Source of the DNA: Acutalibacteraceae bacterium
GTDB taxonomy: Bacteria > Bacillota > Clostridia > Oscillospirales > Acutalibacteraceae
Direction: 5' to 3'
NCBI GenBank assembly: GCA_045642495.1
Contig: JAZUJA010000087.1
Location: 1 to 62,394, forward strand
Length of the DNA: 62,394 bases
The notes below the pieces were generated by a model that was not told where the DNA came from, did no database searches, and saw only the letters and a program-made list of their open reading frames with translations. A program made the position numbers and the translations under genes. Positions 45,629 to 55,164 of this stretch are shown in pieces. Each line of letters starts with the position of its first letter. The stretch's first letter is position 1.

Positions 45629-46531
45629 ATGCGGATTATAATTAAAAAAAGATTAAAAAACGGGTGTGATATATTGAAACTTTCCGATAAAAGAAATGTT
45701 AAAAATGTTTTGGCAAATGAAAATTTTACCTTCAAAAAATCTTTGGGTCAAAACTTTATTATTGATGACAGCGTCTGTCCCGCTATGGCGGAAGCCGCGG
45801 CGGATGAAAATACGGGCGTTCTTGAAATCGGCCCCGGTGCCGGCGTTTTAACAATGGAGCTTTCAAAATGCGCAAAGCGCGTTGTTTCAATCGAAATCGA
45901 TACAAGACTTGAAAGTGTGCTTTCAAAAACTCTTGAAAATTGCGATAATGTTAAAATAATTTTCGGCGATGTTATGAAATTGCCGTTAAGGGATATTATT
46001 GAAGAAAATTTCAAGGATTGCGAAAAGGTAACTGTTTGCGCAAATCTGCCTTATTATATAACTTCTCCTGTTATTATGGGGCTGCTTGAAGCGAAATTAC
46101 CCGTCAAGAGCATAACCGTTATGGTGCAAAAGGAAGCGGCACTGCGGCTTACGGCGCAGGTCGGTTCAAAAAACGCAGGCGCGGTTACGGCGGCGGTTCG
46201 ATATTATTCCGAACCGAAAATGCTTTTTGAAGTTCCCCGAACATCGTTTATGCCGGCGCCTAAGGTTGACTCGGCGGTTATAAAGCTTGATGTTTTGGAA
46301 AAACCGCCCGTTGCCGTTAGCGATGAAAAGTTTTTCTTTTCGCTTGTTAAATCCTGCTTTGCCCAAAGGCGAAAAACTCTGCTTAATACCGTTTCAAACA
46401 CCTTGGGTGTTGATAAGGAAATTCTTAAAAATGCGCTGGCGGAAATGGGGCTTTGCGAGAGCATTCGTGCTGAGGCGCTTGATATGCGGCAGTTGGCGGA
46501 GCTTTGCGAATACCTTATTAAAAACAAATAA
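45629..46531 (+). CDS. rsmA: 16S rRNA (adenine1518/1519-N6)-dimethyltransferase
   Basis: KKSLGQNFIID and EIGPGAGVLT SAM motifs. The start is uncertain: ATG at 45629 or TTG at 45674. Confidence 0.85.
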   Translation: MRIIIKKRLKNGCDILKLSDKRNVKNVLANENFTFKKSLGQNFIIDDSVCPAMAEAAADENTGVLEIGPGAGVLTMELSKCAKRVVSIEIDTRLESVLSKTLENCDNVKIIFGDVMKLPLRDIIEENFKDCEKVTVCANLPYYITSPVIMGLLEAKLPVKSITVMVQKEAALRLTAQVGSKNAGAVTAAVRYYSEPKMLFEVPRTSFMPAPKVDSAVIKLDVLEKPPVAVSDEKFFFSLVKSCFAQRRKTLLNTVSNTLGVDKEILKNALAEMGLCESIRAEALDMRQLAELCEYLIKNK

Positions 46532-46541
46532 ATGAAAAAAG

Positions 46542-46571
46542 AAAAAACCACCGAAAAATCGGTGGTTTTTT
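46542..46571. terminator. Bidirectional terminator between rsmA and the convergent surface-protein gene
   Basis: AAAAAACCACCGA-AAAA-TCGGTGGTTTTTT. Confidence 0.85.
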
Positions 46572-46586
46572 AATTCAATATGAATA

Positions 46587-47087
46587 TTACTTGCTGAATA
46601 CTTTCTTAGAGCTGAAAGCAAATGCAGCGCCTGCAGCGAGCATAATTGCAACGAAAGCCATGCTCATATCAGCAGTTTTCGGGGAAACTTCTTTGCCGCC
46701 TGCGGTAAGCGGATTTGTTATTGTACCGTTGTAGTTAGCAGCGATAATAAGGTTTCCGCTTAAAAATTCGATAGTAACGTTTTTATCTGTAAGAGAGCCG
46801 CTTACAACCTTGAAGTTTACGCCTTCGGTTGCCTTTGTGCCGTCTTCAAGATAAACAGACCAGCTGTTGAACTTGCCGTACTTATCGTCAGCAGACATAG
46901 AAATGGTCTTTCCTGTTACTGTGGAAGTAGCTTTGTCTTCTGTAACTTTATTGCCATCAATGGAGCCGGAACCTTCTCTAACAATAACTGTGATAGGTGC
47001 TTCCGGGCTGCTTGTTTTTGCAAATGCTGAAACAGAAAGTGAGAAAACAACTGCCAAACAAAGAACTAATGCAATAATTTTTTTCAT
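46587..47087 (-). CDS. Secreted surface protein with a sortase-like C-terminal sorting signal (SPKTA + TM + KK tail)
   Basis: Signal peptide MKKIIALVLCLAVVFSLSVSAFA. The C-terminus is SPKTADMSMAFVAIMLAAGAAFAFSSKKVFSK. Confidence 0.55.
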   Translation of the reverse strand: MKKIIALVLCLAVVFSLSVSAFAKTSSPEAPITVIVREGSGSIDGNKVTEDKATSTVTGKTISMSADDKYGKFNSWSVYLEDGTKATEGVNFKVVSGSLTDKNVTIEFLSGNLIIAANYNGTITNPLTAGGKEVSPKTADMSMAFVAIMLAAGAAFAFSSKKVFSK

Positions 47088-47211
47088 ATCAAAAACCTCC
47101 GTAAAGATATTTATGCAACGTGATTATATCATACGAAATGATGTTTGTAAAGTGTTTTTTTAAAAAAATCAATAATTTTCAAAAAATATTTTTTCAAAAT
47201 CAAAAGAAATG

Positions 47212-47240
47212 TTGATAATGCGGCGCTTTTGTGGTAAAAT
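47212..47240 (+). promoter_or_regulatory. Sigma-A-like promoter of prfC
   Basis: TTGATA (47212-17), 17-nt spacer with TGn, TAAAAT (47235-40). Confidence 0.55.
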
Positions 47241-47284
47241 TCATCTGTTGGAGTTTATATATATAGTATGTAGGAGTAATATTT

Positions 47285-48874
47285 GTGGACTTAAAAAAAG
47301 AAATTGAAAGAAGACGCACCTTTGCGATAATATCGCATCCGGATGCCGGCAAAACAACACTTACCGAGAAATTGCTTTTATACGGCGGCGCAATTCAGCA
47401 GGCAGGCTCTGTTAAAGGAAAAGCCACTGCAAAGCATGCCGTTTCCGACTGGATGGATCTTGAAAAACAAAGAGGAATTTCCATAACCTCATCTGTTTTA
47501 CAGTTTGAATATGAGGGTTGCTGTATCAATATTCTTGACACGCCCGGACACCAGGACTTTTCAGAGGATACATACAGAACGCTTATGGCGGCGGACAGCG
47601 TTGTTATGGTTATCGATGCCGCAAAAGGTATCGAGCCGCAAACAAGAAAGCTTTTTAAGGTTACGGCGATGCGCCATATTCCGATTTTTACCTTTATAAA
47701 TAAGCTTGATCGTGAAGCGCGCGATCCTTTTGAGCTTTTGGACGAGCTTGAAAAGGAATTCGGCATCGGAACCTATCCCGTTAACTGGCCGATCGGTTGC
47801 GGCGTTTCATTTAAGGGCGTTTTTGACAGAAAAAGCCGTGAAATCTTAACGTTTAATGAATTTCATCGCGGTCAGGATCGTCTTTCGGCTATCAAATGCG
47901 ATATAACCGATACGGAAAAACTTGACGAGCTTATCGGCGAATATGAAAGAAAAGATCTTGTTGATCAAATAGAGCTTTTGGACGGAGCAAGTTTTGATTT
48001 TGACCTTAAAAAGGTTCAAAACGGAACGCTCACGCCGGTTTTCTTCGGATCCGCGCTTACAAACTTCGGTGTTGAGCCGTTTCTTGAAAACTTTTTGCAG
48101 ATGACCACCGCTCCGCTTGCGCGTGAAACAAAAGAGGGCACGGTTGAGCCGACGAATGACAGTTTTTCCGCCTTTGTTTTCAAAATTCAGGCTAATATGA
48201 ATAAGGCGCACCGTGACAGAATGACATTTATGCGAATTTGCTCCGGCAAATTTGAACGAGATAAGGAATATTATCATGTTCAGGGCGGAAGAAGCCTGCG
48301 CTTATCCCAACCGCAGCAGCTTATGGCGGATAGCCGCCAAATTGTTAACGAGGCGTATGCGGGCGATATAATCGGTGTTTTCGATCCGGGCATTTTCTCG
48401 ATAGGCGATACGGTGTGTGACGCTAAAAACAAGGTTGAGTTTGAAGGTATTCCGACATTTGCACCCGAGCATTTTGCCGTTATTGAGCATCTTGATTCGC
48501 TTAAACGCAAGCAGTTTGTTAAGGGCGTTGAACAGATCGCGCAGGAAGGTGCGATCCAGATTTTCCATGAACCTAATTCCGGTATGGAAAGGGTTATCGT
48601 AGGCGTTGTAGGTGTGCTTCAGTTTGAAGTTCTTGAATACCGCCTTAAAAATGAATATAATGTTGAGGTAAGAAGAGATAATCTGCCTTATCAGTTTATC
48701 CGTTGGATCAAAAATACGGATATAGATGTTAAAAATCTTAACCTCACCTCCGATACCAAGTGGGTTCAAGACTTTAAGGGAAACAATCTTCTTGTTTTCA
48801 CAAGCGAATGGAATATAAACTGGGCGCTTGATAAAAACGAGGGTCTGATTCTTGAGGATTTCAGTAAGAATTGA
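47285..48874 (+). CDS. prfC: Peptide chain release factor 3
   Basis: GTPase motifs (SHPDAGKTT, DTPGHQDF, NKLD) and the 529-aa length. GTG start follows AGGAG. Confidence 0.9.
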   Translation: MDLKKEIERRRTFAIISHPDAGKTTLTEKLLLYGGAIQQAGSVKGKATAKHAVSDWMDLEKQRGISITSSVLQFEYEGCCINILDTPGHQDFSEDTYRTLMAADSVVMVIDAAKGIEPQTRKLFKVTAMRHIPIFTFINKLDREARDPFELLDELEKEFGIGTYPVNWPIGCGVSFKGVFDRKSREILTFNEFHRGQDRLSAIKCDITDTEKLDELIGEYERKDLVDQIELLDGASFDFDLKKVQNGTLTPVFFGSALTNFGVEPFLENFLQMTTAPLARETKEGTVEPTNDSFSAFVFKIQANMNKAHRDRMTFMRICSGKFERDKEYYHVQGGRSLRLSQPQQLMADSRQIVNEAYAGDIIGVFDPGIFSIGDTVCDAKNKVEFEGIPTFAPEHFAVIEHLDSLKRKQFVKGVEQIAQEGAIQIFHEPNSGMERVIVGVVGVLQFEVLEYRLKNEYNVEVRRDNLPYQFIRWIKNTDIDVKNLNLTSDTKWVQDFKGNNLLVFTSEWNINWALDKNEGLILEDFSKN

Positions 48875-48893
48875 TAAAAGGGGAAAGCGATCG

Positions 48894-50153
48894 ATGGAAC
48901 TTAGTGTTAATCTTTATGAAAAGGAATACGACATAATCATCGCAGGCGGCGGGCCTGCCGGATGTGCGGCGGCTATTGCGGCGGCAAGACAGGGCGCTGA
49001 TGTGCTTTTGCTTGAAGCCGGTTATTGCCTGGGCGGTATGGCAACCGCGGGTCTTGTTTCCAAATGGGCTCCGCTTACCGATAAAGAAAAGGTGATTTAT
49101 CGTTCTGTTTCGCTTGAAATAATAAAGCGGTATAAAAAAGCGGCAAATCAGCCCGAGGATAAATGGGATTGGATAACGATAGAGCCTGAGGCACTTAAAA
49201 GGGTTTATGACGATATGCTTCTTGAAGCCGGAGCTTCGGTTCTTTTCGGAACGACTGTTTGCGATGCCGTTTGTGAAAACGGTGTTGTTAAGTCGGTTAT
49301 CGCGCTCACAAAATCGGGACTTACCGAGTTTTGCGCAAAACAGTTTATCGATTGCACGGGGGATGCCGATTTAGCCGTAAAATGCGGTGTTCCTTTCGAA
49401 AAGGGCGACCCTGATGACGGCACATTGCAGCCTTCAAGTCTTTGCTTTGAAATATCAAATATCGATAAATCGAAAGTTGATATTCCGATAGGCTCTAATT
49501 CAAAAGATGGTCTTTGGGCAACCATGATGGCGGAAAAGAAATTCCCATTGCTTCGTAAGCATTTTATTCCGGCTTGGATAAACGATTCAACCCTTATTGC
49601 AAATGCCGGTCATCTTTTTGATGTTGACAACACTGACCCCAAGTCGGTTTCCGCCGCTATGATAAGGGGAAGAAAAATTGCCGAGCAATATTTGCAGGCG
49701 CCTAAATATTATCTTCCCGATGCTTTCCTTAATGCCACGGTTTGCGTTACGGCACCTGCGCTCGGCGTGAGAGAGTCAAGAAGAATCATCAGCGATTATG
49801 TTTTTACGGTTGAGGATTATGCCGAAAGAAGATCCTTCCCGGATGAAATCGGCAGAAACTGCTATTGGCTTGACTGTCACGGCAAAAAGAGCGTTGATAA
49901 GGTTTACGGCAGATACGGTCCCGGCGAGAGCCACGGCATACCGTTTTCCTGCCTTCTCCCGAAAAACACAAAAAATCTTCTTGTTGCAGGAAGATGCGCC
50001 GGCTTTACAAGGCAGGCACTTGCAACGATGCGCGTTATGCCTAACTGTCTTTGCATGGGCGAAGCGGCAGGTATCGCGGCGGCGCTGGCGGTTAAATCCG
50101 ATGTTCAGATCCGCGAAGTGGCGATAAAAGAAATTCAAAATAAAATAATCTGA
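48894..50153 (+). CDS. FAD-dependent oxidoreductase (FAD_oxidored / PF12831-like)
   Basis: Dinucleotide fold DIIIAGGGPAGCAAAIAAARQGADVLLLE. Start at MELSV (48894) follows AGGGGAA. No specific function was recognised. Confidence 0.6.
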   Translation: MELSVNLYEKEYDIIIAGGGPAGCAAAIAAARQGADVLLLEAGYCLGGMATAGLVSKWAPLTDKEKVIYRSVSLEIIKRYKKAANQPEDKWDWITIEPEALKRVYDDMLLEAGASVLFGTTVCDAVCENGVVKSVIALTKSGLTEFCAKQFIDCTGDADLAVKCGVPFEKGDPDDGTLQPSSLCFEISNIDKSKVDIPIGSNSKDGLWATMMAEKKFPLLRKHFIPAWINDSTLIANAGHLFDVDNTDPKSVSAAMIRGRKIAEQYLQAPKYYLPDAFLNATVCVTAPALGVRESRRIISDYVFTVEDYAERRSFPDEIGRNCYWLDCHGKKSVDKVYGRYGPGESHGIPFSCLLPKNTKNLLVAGRCAGFTRQALATMRVMPNCLCMGEAAGIAAALAVKSDVQIREVAIKEIQNKII

Positions 50154-50171
50154 TTTAGCGAGGTTTTAATA

Positions 50172-51176
50172 ATGCCTGAAATTACAGAAGAAAAGAAAAA
50201 AGTTCTGAGTTGTATCCAACCGAGCGGAATGTTGACCCTCGGAAATTATTTGGGTGCGCTTAAAAATTGGAAAAATATGCAGGATGATTATGATTGCACA
50301 TTCGCCGTTGCGGATTTGCATGCGATAACCGTTCGTCAAGAGCCGGCAAAATTGCGCGCTCAGGTTTATTCAACCTATGCTATCATGCTGGCGCTCGGTC
50401 TTGATCCGCAGAAATCAACCCTCTTTATTCAGTCACATGTGCCGGAGCATACGGCGCTTTCATGGCTTCTTTCCTGCAATACGCAGTTCGGCGAAATGGC
50501 AAGAATGACTCAGTTTAAGGATAAGTCCGCAAAGCATGCCGATAATGTTAACGTCGGCCTTTTCTCCTATCCCGTTTTGATGGCGGCGGATATTTTGCTT
50601 TATAAGCCGGATTTTGTTCCCGTTGGTGCCGATCAAAAGCAGCATCTTGAAATCGCTCGCGATATTGCCGAGCGTTTTAACAGAATTTACGGCGATGTTT
50701 TCCGAATTCCCGAGCCGTTTATCGGCGCTAAGGGCGCGAAGGTAATGTCGCTTCAGGATCCTGCCAAAAAAATGTCCAAATCCGATGAAAACCAAAACGC
50801 CTATGTTGCGATCCTTGACGATAAGGATACTATTATCCGCAAGTTTAAGCGTGCCGTAACCGATTCGGATAACCGCATTATCGCATCAGAAGATAAGCCG
50901 GGTGTTACAAATCTTCTCGGTATCTATTGCGCAATAACCGGCAAAACAACCGAACAGGCGGAAAAAGAATTTGAGGGTAAGGGCTATGGCGACTTTAAGT
51001 TGGCTGTCGGAGAAACGGTTGCCGATGAGCTTCGCCCCATTAAGGAAAGATACGAACAGATAATCACCGATAAGGCAGAGCTTGAAAGACTCTTCCGTGA
51101 AGGCGATAAAAAAGCGGAAAAGGTTGCCGCAAAAACTTATTTCAAAGCAATGAAAAAGGTCGGCTTCGTGTTATGA
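50172..51176 (+). CDS. trpS: Tryptophan--tRNA ligase
   Basis: Class I motifs: a HIGH-like element (the GNYLGAL region) and KMSKS (KKMSKS). Confidence 0.9.
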   Translation: MPEITEEKKKVLSCIQPSGMLTLGNYLGALKNWKNMQDDYDCTFAVADLHAITVRQEPAKLRAQVYSTYAIMLALGLDPQKSTLFIQSHVPEHTALSWLLSCNTQFGEMARMTQFKDKSAKHADNVNVGLFSYPVLMAADILLYKPDFVPVGADQKQHLEIARDIAERFNRIYGDVFRIPEPFIGAKGAKVMSLQDPAKKMSKSDENQNAYVAILDDKDTIIRKFKRAVTDSDNRIIASEDKPGVTNLLGIYCAITGKTTEQAEKEFEGKGYGDFKLAVGETVADELRPIKERYEQIITDKAELERLFREGDKKAEKVAAKTYFKAMKKVGFVL

Positions 51177-52108
51177 TGTTCCCTCTTTTCGGAAACGAAC
51201 ATATCGAAAAGGTGCTAAGTAACGCCTTTTCATCAAACCGCATTCCCCACGCGCTTATGATCGAGGGTGAAACGGGGCAAGGCAAACATACGCTTGCCGA
51301 TTATATCGCCTGCGCGGCGGTATGCAGCGGCGAAAATATTCCCTGCGGCGAGTGTGTTGCCTGCAAAAAAGCAAAGGGCAAAAATCATCCCGATATCATT
51401 TATGTTGCGCCCGAAAAGGATAAAAAAAGCATTTCGGTCGATCAGATAAGGGATTTAAGGGCAAGCGCGTTCATAAAACCGCATGAGGCGCAAAGAAAAG
51501 TTTATATAATCGAATCGGCAGACACGCTTTTGCCGCCTGCGCAAAACGCGTTGCTTAAAATATTGGAAGAGCCGCCGCAGGGCGTCGTCTTCATTTTGCT
51601 CACGGTTTCAAGAACGGCAATGCTCCCAACGGTAAACTCGCGCTGTGTTTTGCTCTCTCTTGCAAACCCCACACCCCAAAAGGCACTTGAAATCATAAAA
51701 GAGCAGGTTAAAAAATATTCCGATGAAGCTATTTTGGCTGCCCTTTCCGATAGCCACGGTGTTATCGGCGCGGCACTCTCGCTGCTTAAAGGCTCAAAAG
51801 CGGGCAAGGCGGCATCGGCGGCAAAGGAATTTATCGAGCTTATTTTTTCGGGCGGGGAATATGATCTTTTGCTTTTCCTTGAAAAGAATATTAAAAAAGA
51901 CCGTATTTTTGCCGAAAATTTTTATTCGCAGCTTCAAACAAGAGCGTTGGATGAAATAAAATCGGGCGGTGCCGAAGGCAGAAGGGCAAGGGTGCTGTTC
52001 GCACTGTATGAAAACACGAAAAAATATAAAGAATCTCTTAAAACAAACATCAACCTTTCACTGCTTGAAAGCAGTACGGTTGCAGATATAAGATCAATCA
52101 CCAAATGA
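51173..52108 (+). CDS. holB: DNA polymerase III subunit delta'
   Basis: PHALMIEGETGQGKHTLA P-loop-like block, the Zn module CGECVACKK and the LLKILEEPP motif. ATGA overlap with trpS. Confidence 0.8.
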   Translation: MMFPLFGNEHIEKVLSNAFSSNRIPHALMIEGETGQGKHTLADYIACAAVCSGENIPCGECVACKKAKGKNHPDIIYVAPEKDKKSISVDQIRDLRASAFIKPHEAQRKVYIIESADTLLPPAQNALLKILEEPPQGVVFILLTVSRTAMLPTVNSRCVLLSLANPTPQKALEIIKEQVKKYSDEAILAALSDSHGVIGAALSLLKGSKAGKAASAAKEFIELIFSGGEYDLLLFLEKNIKKDRIFAENFYSQLQTRALDEIKSGGAEGRRARVLFALYENTKKYKESLKTNINLSLLESSTVADIRSITK

Positions 52109-52125
52109 ACAAAGAGGTAAAAAAT

Positions 52126-52986
52126 ATGCCAGTTGTTGTGTCAGTTAAATTCAAATCGACGGGAAGGTCTTACTTCTTTTCCCCCGAAAATTCCGTTTAT
52201 AATGCCGGCGAAAACGTTATTGTTGAAACGGCAAACGGAATCGCTTTCGGCACAGTTTCCGAAGGTAATCACGAGGTTGCGGAGGAACTTATAGTGTCCG
52301 AGCTTAAAAAGGTTTTGCGCAAAGCAACCGAAAGGGATGAAAAAACCGTTGAAGATAATCATCGCAAGGAAAAAGAAGCTTTTTCTATTTGCGAAAAAAA
52401 GATAGAAAATCACGGCCTTCAAATGAAGCTTGTTGAGGTTGAATATTCTTTTGATGCAAGCAAAATAACATTCTTCTTTATCGCAGACGGCAGGGTCGAT
52501 TTTCGCGAGCTTGTTAAGGATCTTGCCGCAACGTTCCATACAAGGATCGAGCTTCGCCAGATCGGTGTTCGAGATGAGGCAAGAATGTTAGGCGGCATCG
52601 GAATATGCGGTCAGCCCTATTGCTGCAAGCGTTTTCTTGAAGATTTTGAGCCGGTTACAATCAAAATGGCAAAGGAGCAGGGTCTTTCCCTTAACCCCAC
52701 AAAAATTTCGGGCAGCTGCGGCCGTCTTATGTGTTGTCTTAAATATGAGCAGAATTCTTATGAGTATTTAAGCAAACTGACTCCGTCGCTCGGCTCAACC
52801 GTAAAAGCGCCCGAAGGCACGGGAACGGTTGTTGATGTTAACCTTATAACCGGAAATCTTATCGTTAAGCCGGGCGATGAAAACGGCGTTCCGTTCAAAA
52901 CAAACCGCAAGTGCGTTAAGGTTTTGCATAAGGGCAAAAGGGGTAAAAATCAACCCGAAAATAAGGATCAAGCCGACGAGGAATAA
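52126..52986 (+). CDS. ricT: PSP1-domain protein (YaaT/RicT-like stage 0 sporulation / RNase Y regulator subunit)
   Basis: PSP1 C-terminal pattern with Cys clusters GICGQPYCCKRFL and CGRLMCCLKYE. The position after holB is conserved in Firmicutes. Confidence 0.8.
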   Translation: MPVVVSVKFKSTGRSYFFSPENSVYNAGENVIVETANGIAFGTVSEGNHEVAEELIVSELKKVLRKATERDEKTVEDNHRKEKEAFSICEKKIENHGLQMKLVEVEYSFDASKITFFFIADGRVDFRELVKDLAATFHTRIELRQIGVRDEARMLGGIGICGQPYCCKRFLEDFEPVTIKMAKEQGLSLNPTKISGSCGRLMCCLKYEQNSYEYLSKLTPSLGSTVKAPEGTGTVVDVNLITGNLIVKPGDENGVPFKTNRKCVKVLHKGKRGKNQPENKDQADEE

Positions 52987-53084
52987 TAAGGAAAGGTATA
53001 TTATAAAATACTTCTTGCATTTTTGTTTGGATTTTGTTACAATGCAAATGTAAATATTTCTTTATTTAACGGAGGTGTGAACAA

Positions 53085-53255
53085 ATGGCTTATAAAATCA
53101 ATGATGAATGCATCAGCTGTGGTGCATGTGCAGCAGGCTGCCCCTGCGAAGCAATCGCTGAAGGCGCTGCTCATTTTGAAATCGATGCTGATAAGTGCTG
53201 CTCTTGCGGCGCTTGTGCTGCCGGTTGCCCCGTTGGCGCAATTGTTGAAGAATAA
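53085..53255 (+). CDS. fdx: Clostridial-type 2x[4Fe-4S] ferredoxin (56 aa), absent from the supplied ORF track
   Basis: My own translation: MAYKINDECISCGACAAGCPCEAIAEGAAHFEIDADKCCSCGACAAGCPVGAIVEE. It has two CxxCxxCxxxCP motifs, a GGAGG RBS 8 nt upstream and a strong terminator downstream. Confidence 0.85.
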   Translation: MAYKINDECISCGACAAGCPCEAIAEGAAHFEIDADKCCSCGACAAGCPVGAIVEE

Positions 53256-53268
53256 TTTCTTGAAAATT

Positions 53269-53304
53269 AAAGAGTGCAAACCGTTTGGCTTGCACTCTTT
53301 TTTT
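53269..53304 (+). terminator. Intrinsic terminator after the ferredoxin gene
   Basis: AAAGAGTGCAA (53269-79) pairs with TTGCACTCTTT (53290-300), followed by a T-run. Confidence 0.85.
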
Positions 53305-53341
53305 GTTGCATAAAATGACTTTAACAATTATAATATATGTG

Positions 53342-54001
53342 TTATTTGAATAAATGCTTATAATCCCTGCTTATGGCAAGCGAAACATAATCGCCGTTTG
53401 CAACTATTATATGGTCAAGCAGTTTTATGTTTGCTTGCGCCAATGATTTAATAAGTCTTTCGGTGAATTCAAGATCCGAAGCGGATGGAAGCGCAACGCC
53501 GTTTGTATGGTTGTGTGCGATAACAACCGAAAAAACATTTTTGTTAAGGCACATATTCATAAGTGAGCGTATTGAAAGGCCAACCTGCCCTAAGTCACCT
53601 TCCGCCAACTTTTCAAATGTTACAAGATTGCCCGAAGGATCAAGCAACACCGCGCAAACCGTTTCAACTTGAAACCATTTCATTCGCGCGGAAACATATT
53701 CGCCAACATCATAAATCGAGGTGAATAAGATCTTTTTAACTATCTTATCGTTTGCGTAAATGTTGCTTATGGGAATGATAAGTTTAAGCAGCGCCGCGCT
53801 TTTTGTTCCCATACCGTCAACGGCGGCAATTTCTTCGATCGGTGCATCAAGCAGACCGCCCATATCATGAAAACGGCGAAGCAGCTCGCGGGCGATGTTG
53901 CCGGTGTCAACACGCGGAAGGCAATAAAACAAAAGCATTTCAAGATATTTATATTCGGGCGTTGAGTCGCCGAATCCGCCACTTAAAAACTCTTTTAACA
54001 T
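53342..54001 (-). CDS. radC: RadC-like JAB/MPN domain protein
   Basis: HhH-like N-terminus (EEIAAVDGMG) and JAMM motif VVIAHNHTNGVALPSASD. Confidence 0.8.
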   Translation of the reverse strand: MLKEFLSGGFGDSTPEYKYLEMLLFYCLPRVDTGNIARELLRRFHDMGGLLDAPIEEIAAVDGMGTKSAALLKLIIPISNIYANDKIVKKILFTSIYDVGEYVSARMKWFQVETVCAVLLDPSGNLVTFEKLAEGDLGQVGLSIRSLMNMCLNKNVFSVVIAHNHTNGVALPSASDLEFTERLIKSLAQANIKLLDHIIVANGDYVSLAISRDYKHLFK

Positions 54002-54096
54002 TCGGTCACGGTGACCTGAATGATCGGTGTTGTCCGTAATTATCGCCCCCTTGGGATTTTAATAAATTATACACAAAAGTTTGAGGAAAATCAATA

Positions 54097-55092
54097 ATGA
54101 AAAAATTTATTGTAAATGAAAATGATAAGGATAAGCGGTTTGACCGTTTTATAACAAAAGCGGCGCCAAAACTGCCCAAAACCCTTATGTATAAATATCT
54201 TCGCACAAAGCGAATTAAATTAAACGGCAAAAAAGCAGAGATCTCAACCCGTCTTAATGTCGGAGATGTTGTTGAGGCATATATAGGTGATGAGTTTTTC
54301 GAGCCCGTTATCCCAACCTATGATTTTCTTTCAAGTCCTGCCGAGATCGATGTGGTTTATGAAGATGAGAACATTTTGCTTGTCAATAAACCGCAGGGGC
54401 TTTTGTGTCACCCCGATAAAACGGAATACCGCGACACGCTTATAGGCAGAATTCAGCATAAGTTATATAAGGAAAAGAAATACGATCCTCAATCGGAAAA
54501 CAGCTTTAAGCCCGCCCTTTGCAACCGCATAGACCGAAACACAAGCGGAATAGTTATCGCCGCAAAAAATGCGCAGGCGCTTAAAATTATGTGCGCTAAA
54601 ATCAAGGATCGTGAGGTCGATAAGCGCTATCTTTGTATGGTGCACGGTAAAACGCCCGAAAAATGCGGAATGATAACGGGTTATCTTGCCAAAAATGAGG
54701 TTAAAAATAAGGTGAGCGTTCGCAAAAAAGCGTTTGACGGCGCAAAGGAAGCAAGAAGCCGATATCGCCTTATAGCAACAAAGAATGATATTTCGCTTGT
54801 TGAGGTTGAATTGCTCACGGGCAGAACGCATCAAATAAGGGCGCAAATGGCATCAATCGGCAATCCGCTTTGCGGCGACAGTAAGTACGGCCTTAAAAAT
54901 GACAGTGTGAAGGGCATTCCCGCTCAGGCTCTTTGCGCATATAAGCTTTCGTTTTACTTTAGCTGTGATGCCGGAATACTTGATTATCTGAACGGCAAGG
55001 TTTTTTGCCTTGGCGATATTCCGTTCGGCAAAAATCTTTTTGCGCAAAACTATTCGCATTTGATAAAAAACGGCGAAGATATAAATGAATAA
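54097..55092 (+). CDS. RluA-family pseudouridine synthase with an N-terminal S4-like domain
   Basis: Catalytic block NRIDRNTSGIVIAAK and GRTHQIRAQ. Confidence 0.8.
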   Translation: MKKFIVNENDKDKRFDRFITKAAPKLPKTLMYKYLRTKRIKLNGKKAEISTRLNVGDVVEAYIGDEFFEPVIPTYDFLSSPAEIDVVYEDENILLVNKPQGLLCHPDKTEYRDTLIGRIQHKLYKEKKYDPQSENSFKPALCNRIDRNTSGIVIAAKNAQALKIMCAKIKDREVDKRYLCMVHGKTPEKCGMITGYLAKNEVKNKVSVRKKAFDGAKEARSRYRLIATKNDISLVEVELLTGRTHQIRAQMASIGNPLCGDSKYGLKNDSVKGIPAQALCAYKLSFYFSCDAGILDYLNGKVFCLGDIPFGKNLFAQNYSHLIKNGEDINE

Positions 55093-55105
55093 ATAAGATA
55101 AAATT

Positions 55106-55137
55106 AACCCGGAAGTGTGCCGCGCTTCCGGGTTTTT
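55106..55137 (+). terminator. Intrinsic terminator after the pseudouridine synthase gene
   Basis: AACCCGGAAG-TGTGCCGCG-CTTCCGGGTT followed by TTT. Confidence 0.8.
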
Positions 55138-55164
55138 AATATTGGTTTGTTTCGCCGCCCGAAA

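Noticed and set aside
53023-53327. Two 96-aa ORFs on opposite strands listed in the track.
   Set aside because: They are the wrong frames over the true 56-aa ferredoxin gene (53085-53255). Neither has an RBS or recognisable motifs.
54005-54017. Palindrome GGTCACCGTGACC in the radC 5' region.
   Set aside because: It is a short isolated palindrome with no U-tract or second copy. It cannot be distinguished from chance or a restriction-type site.
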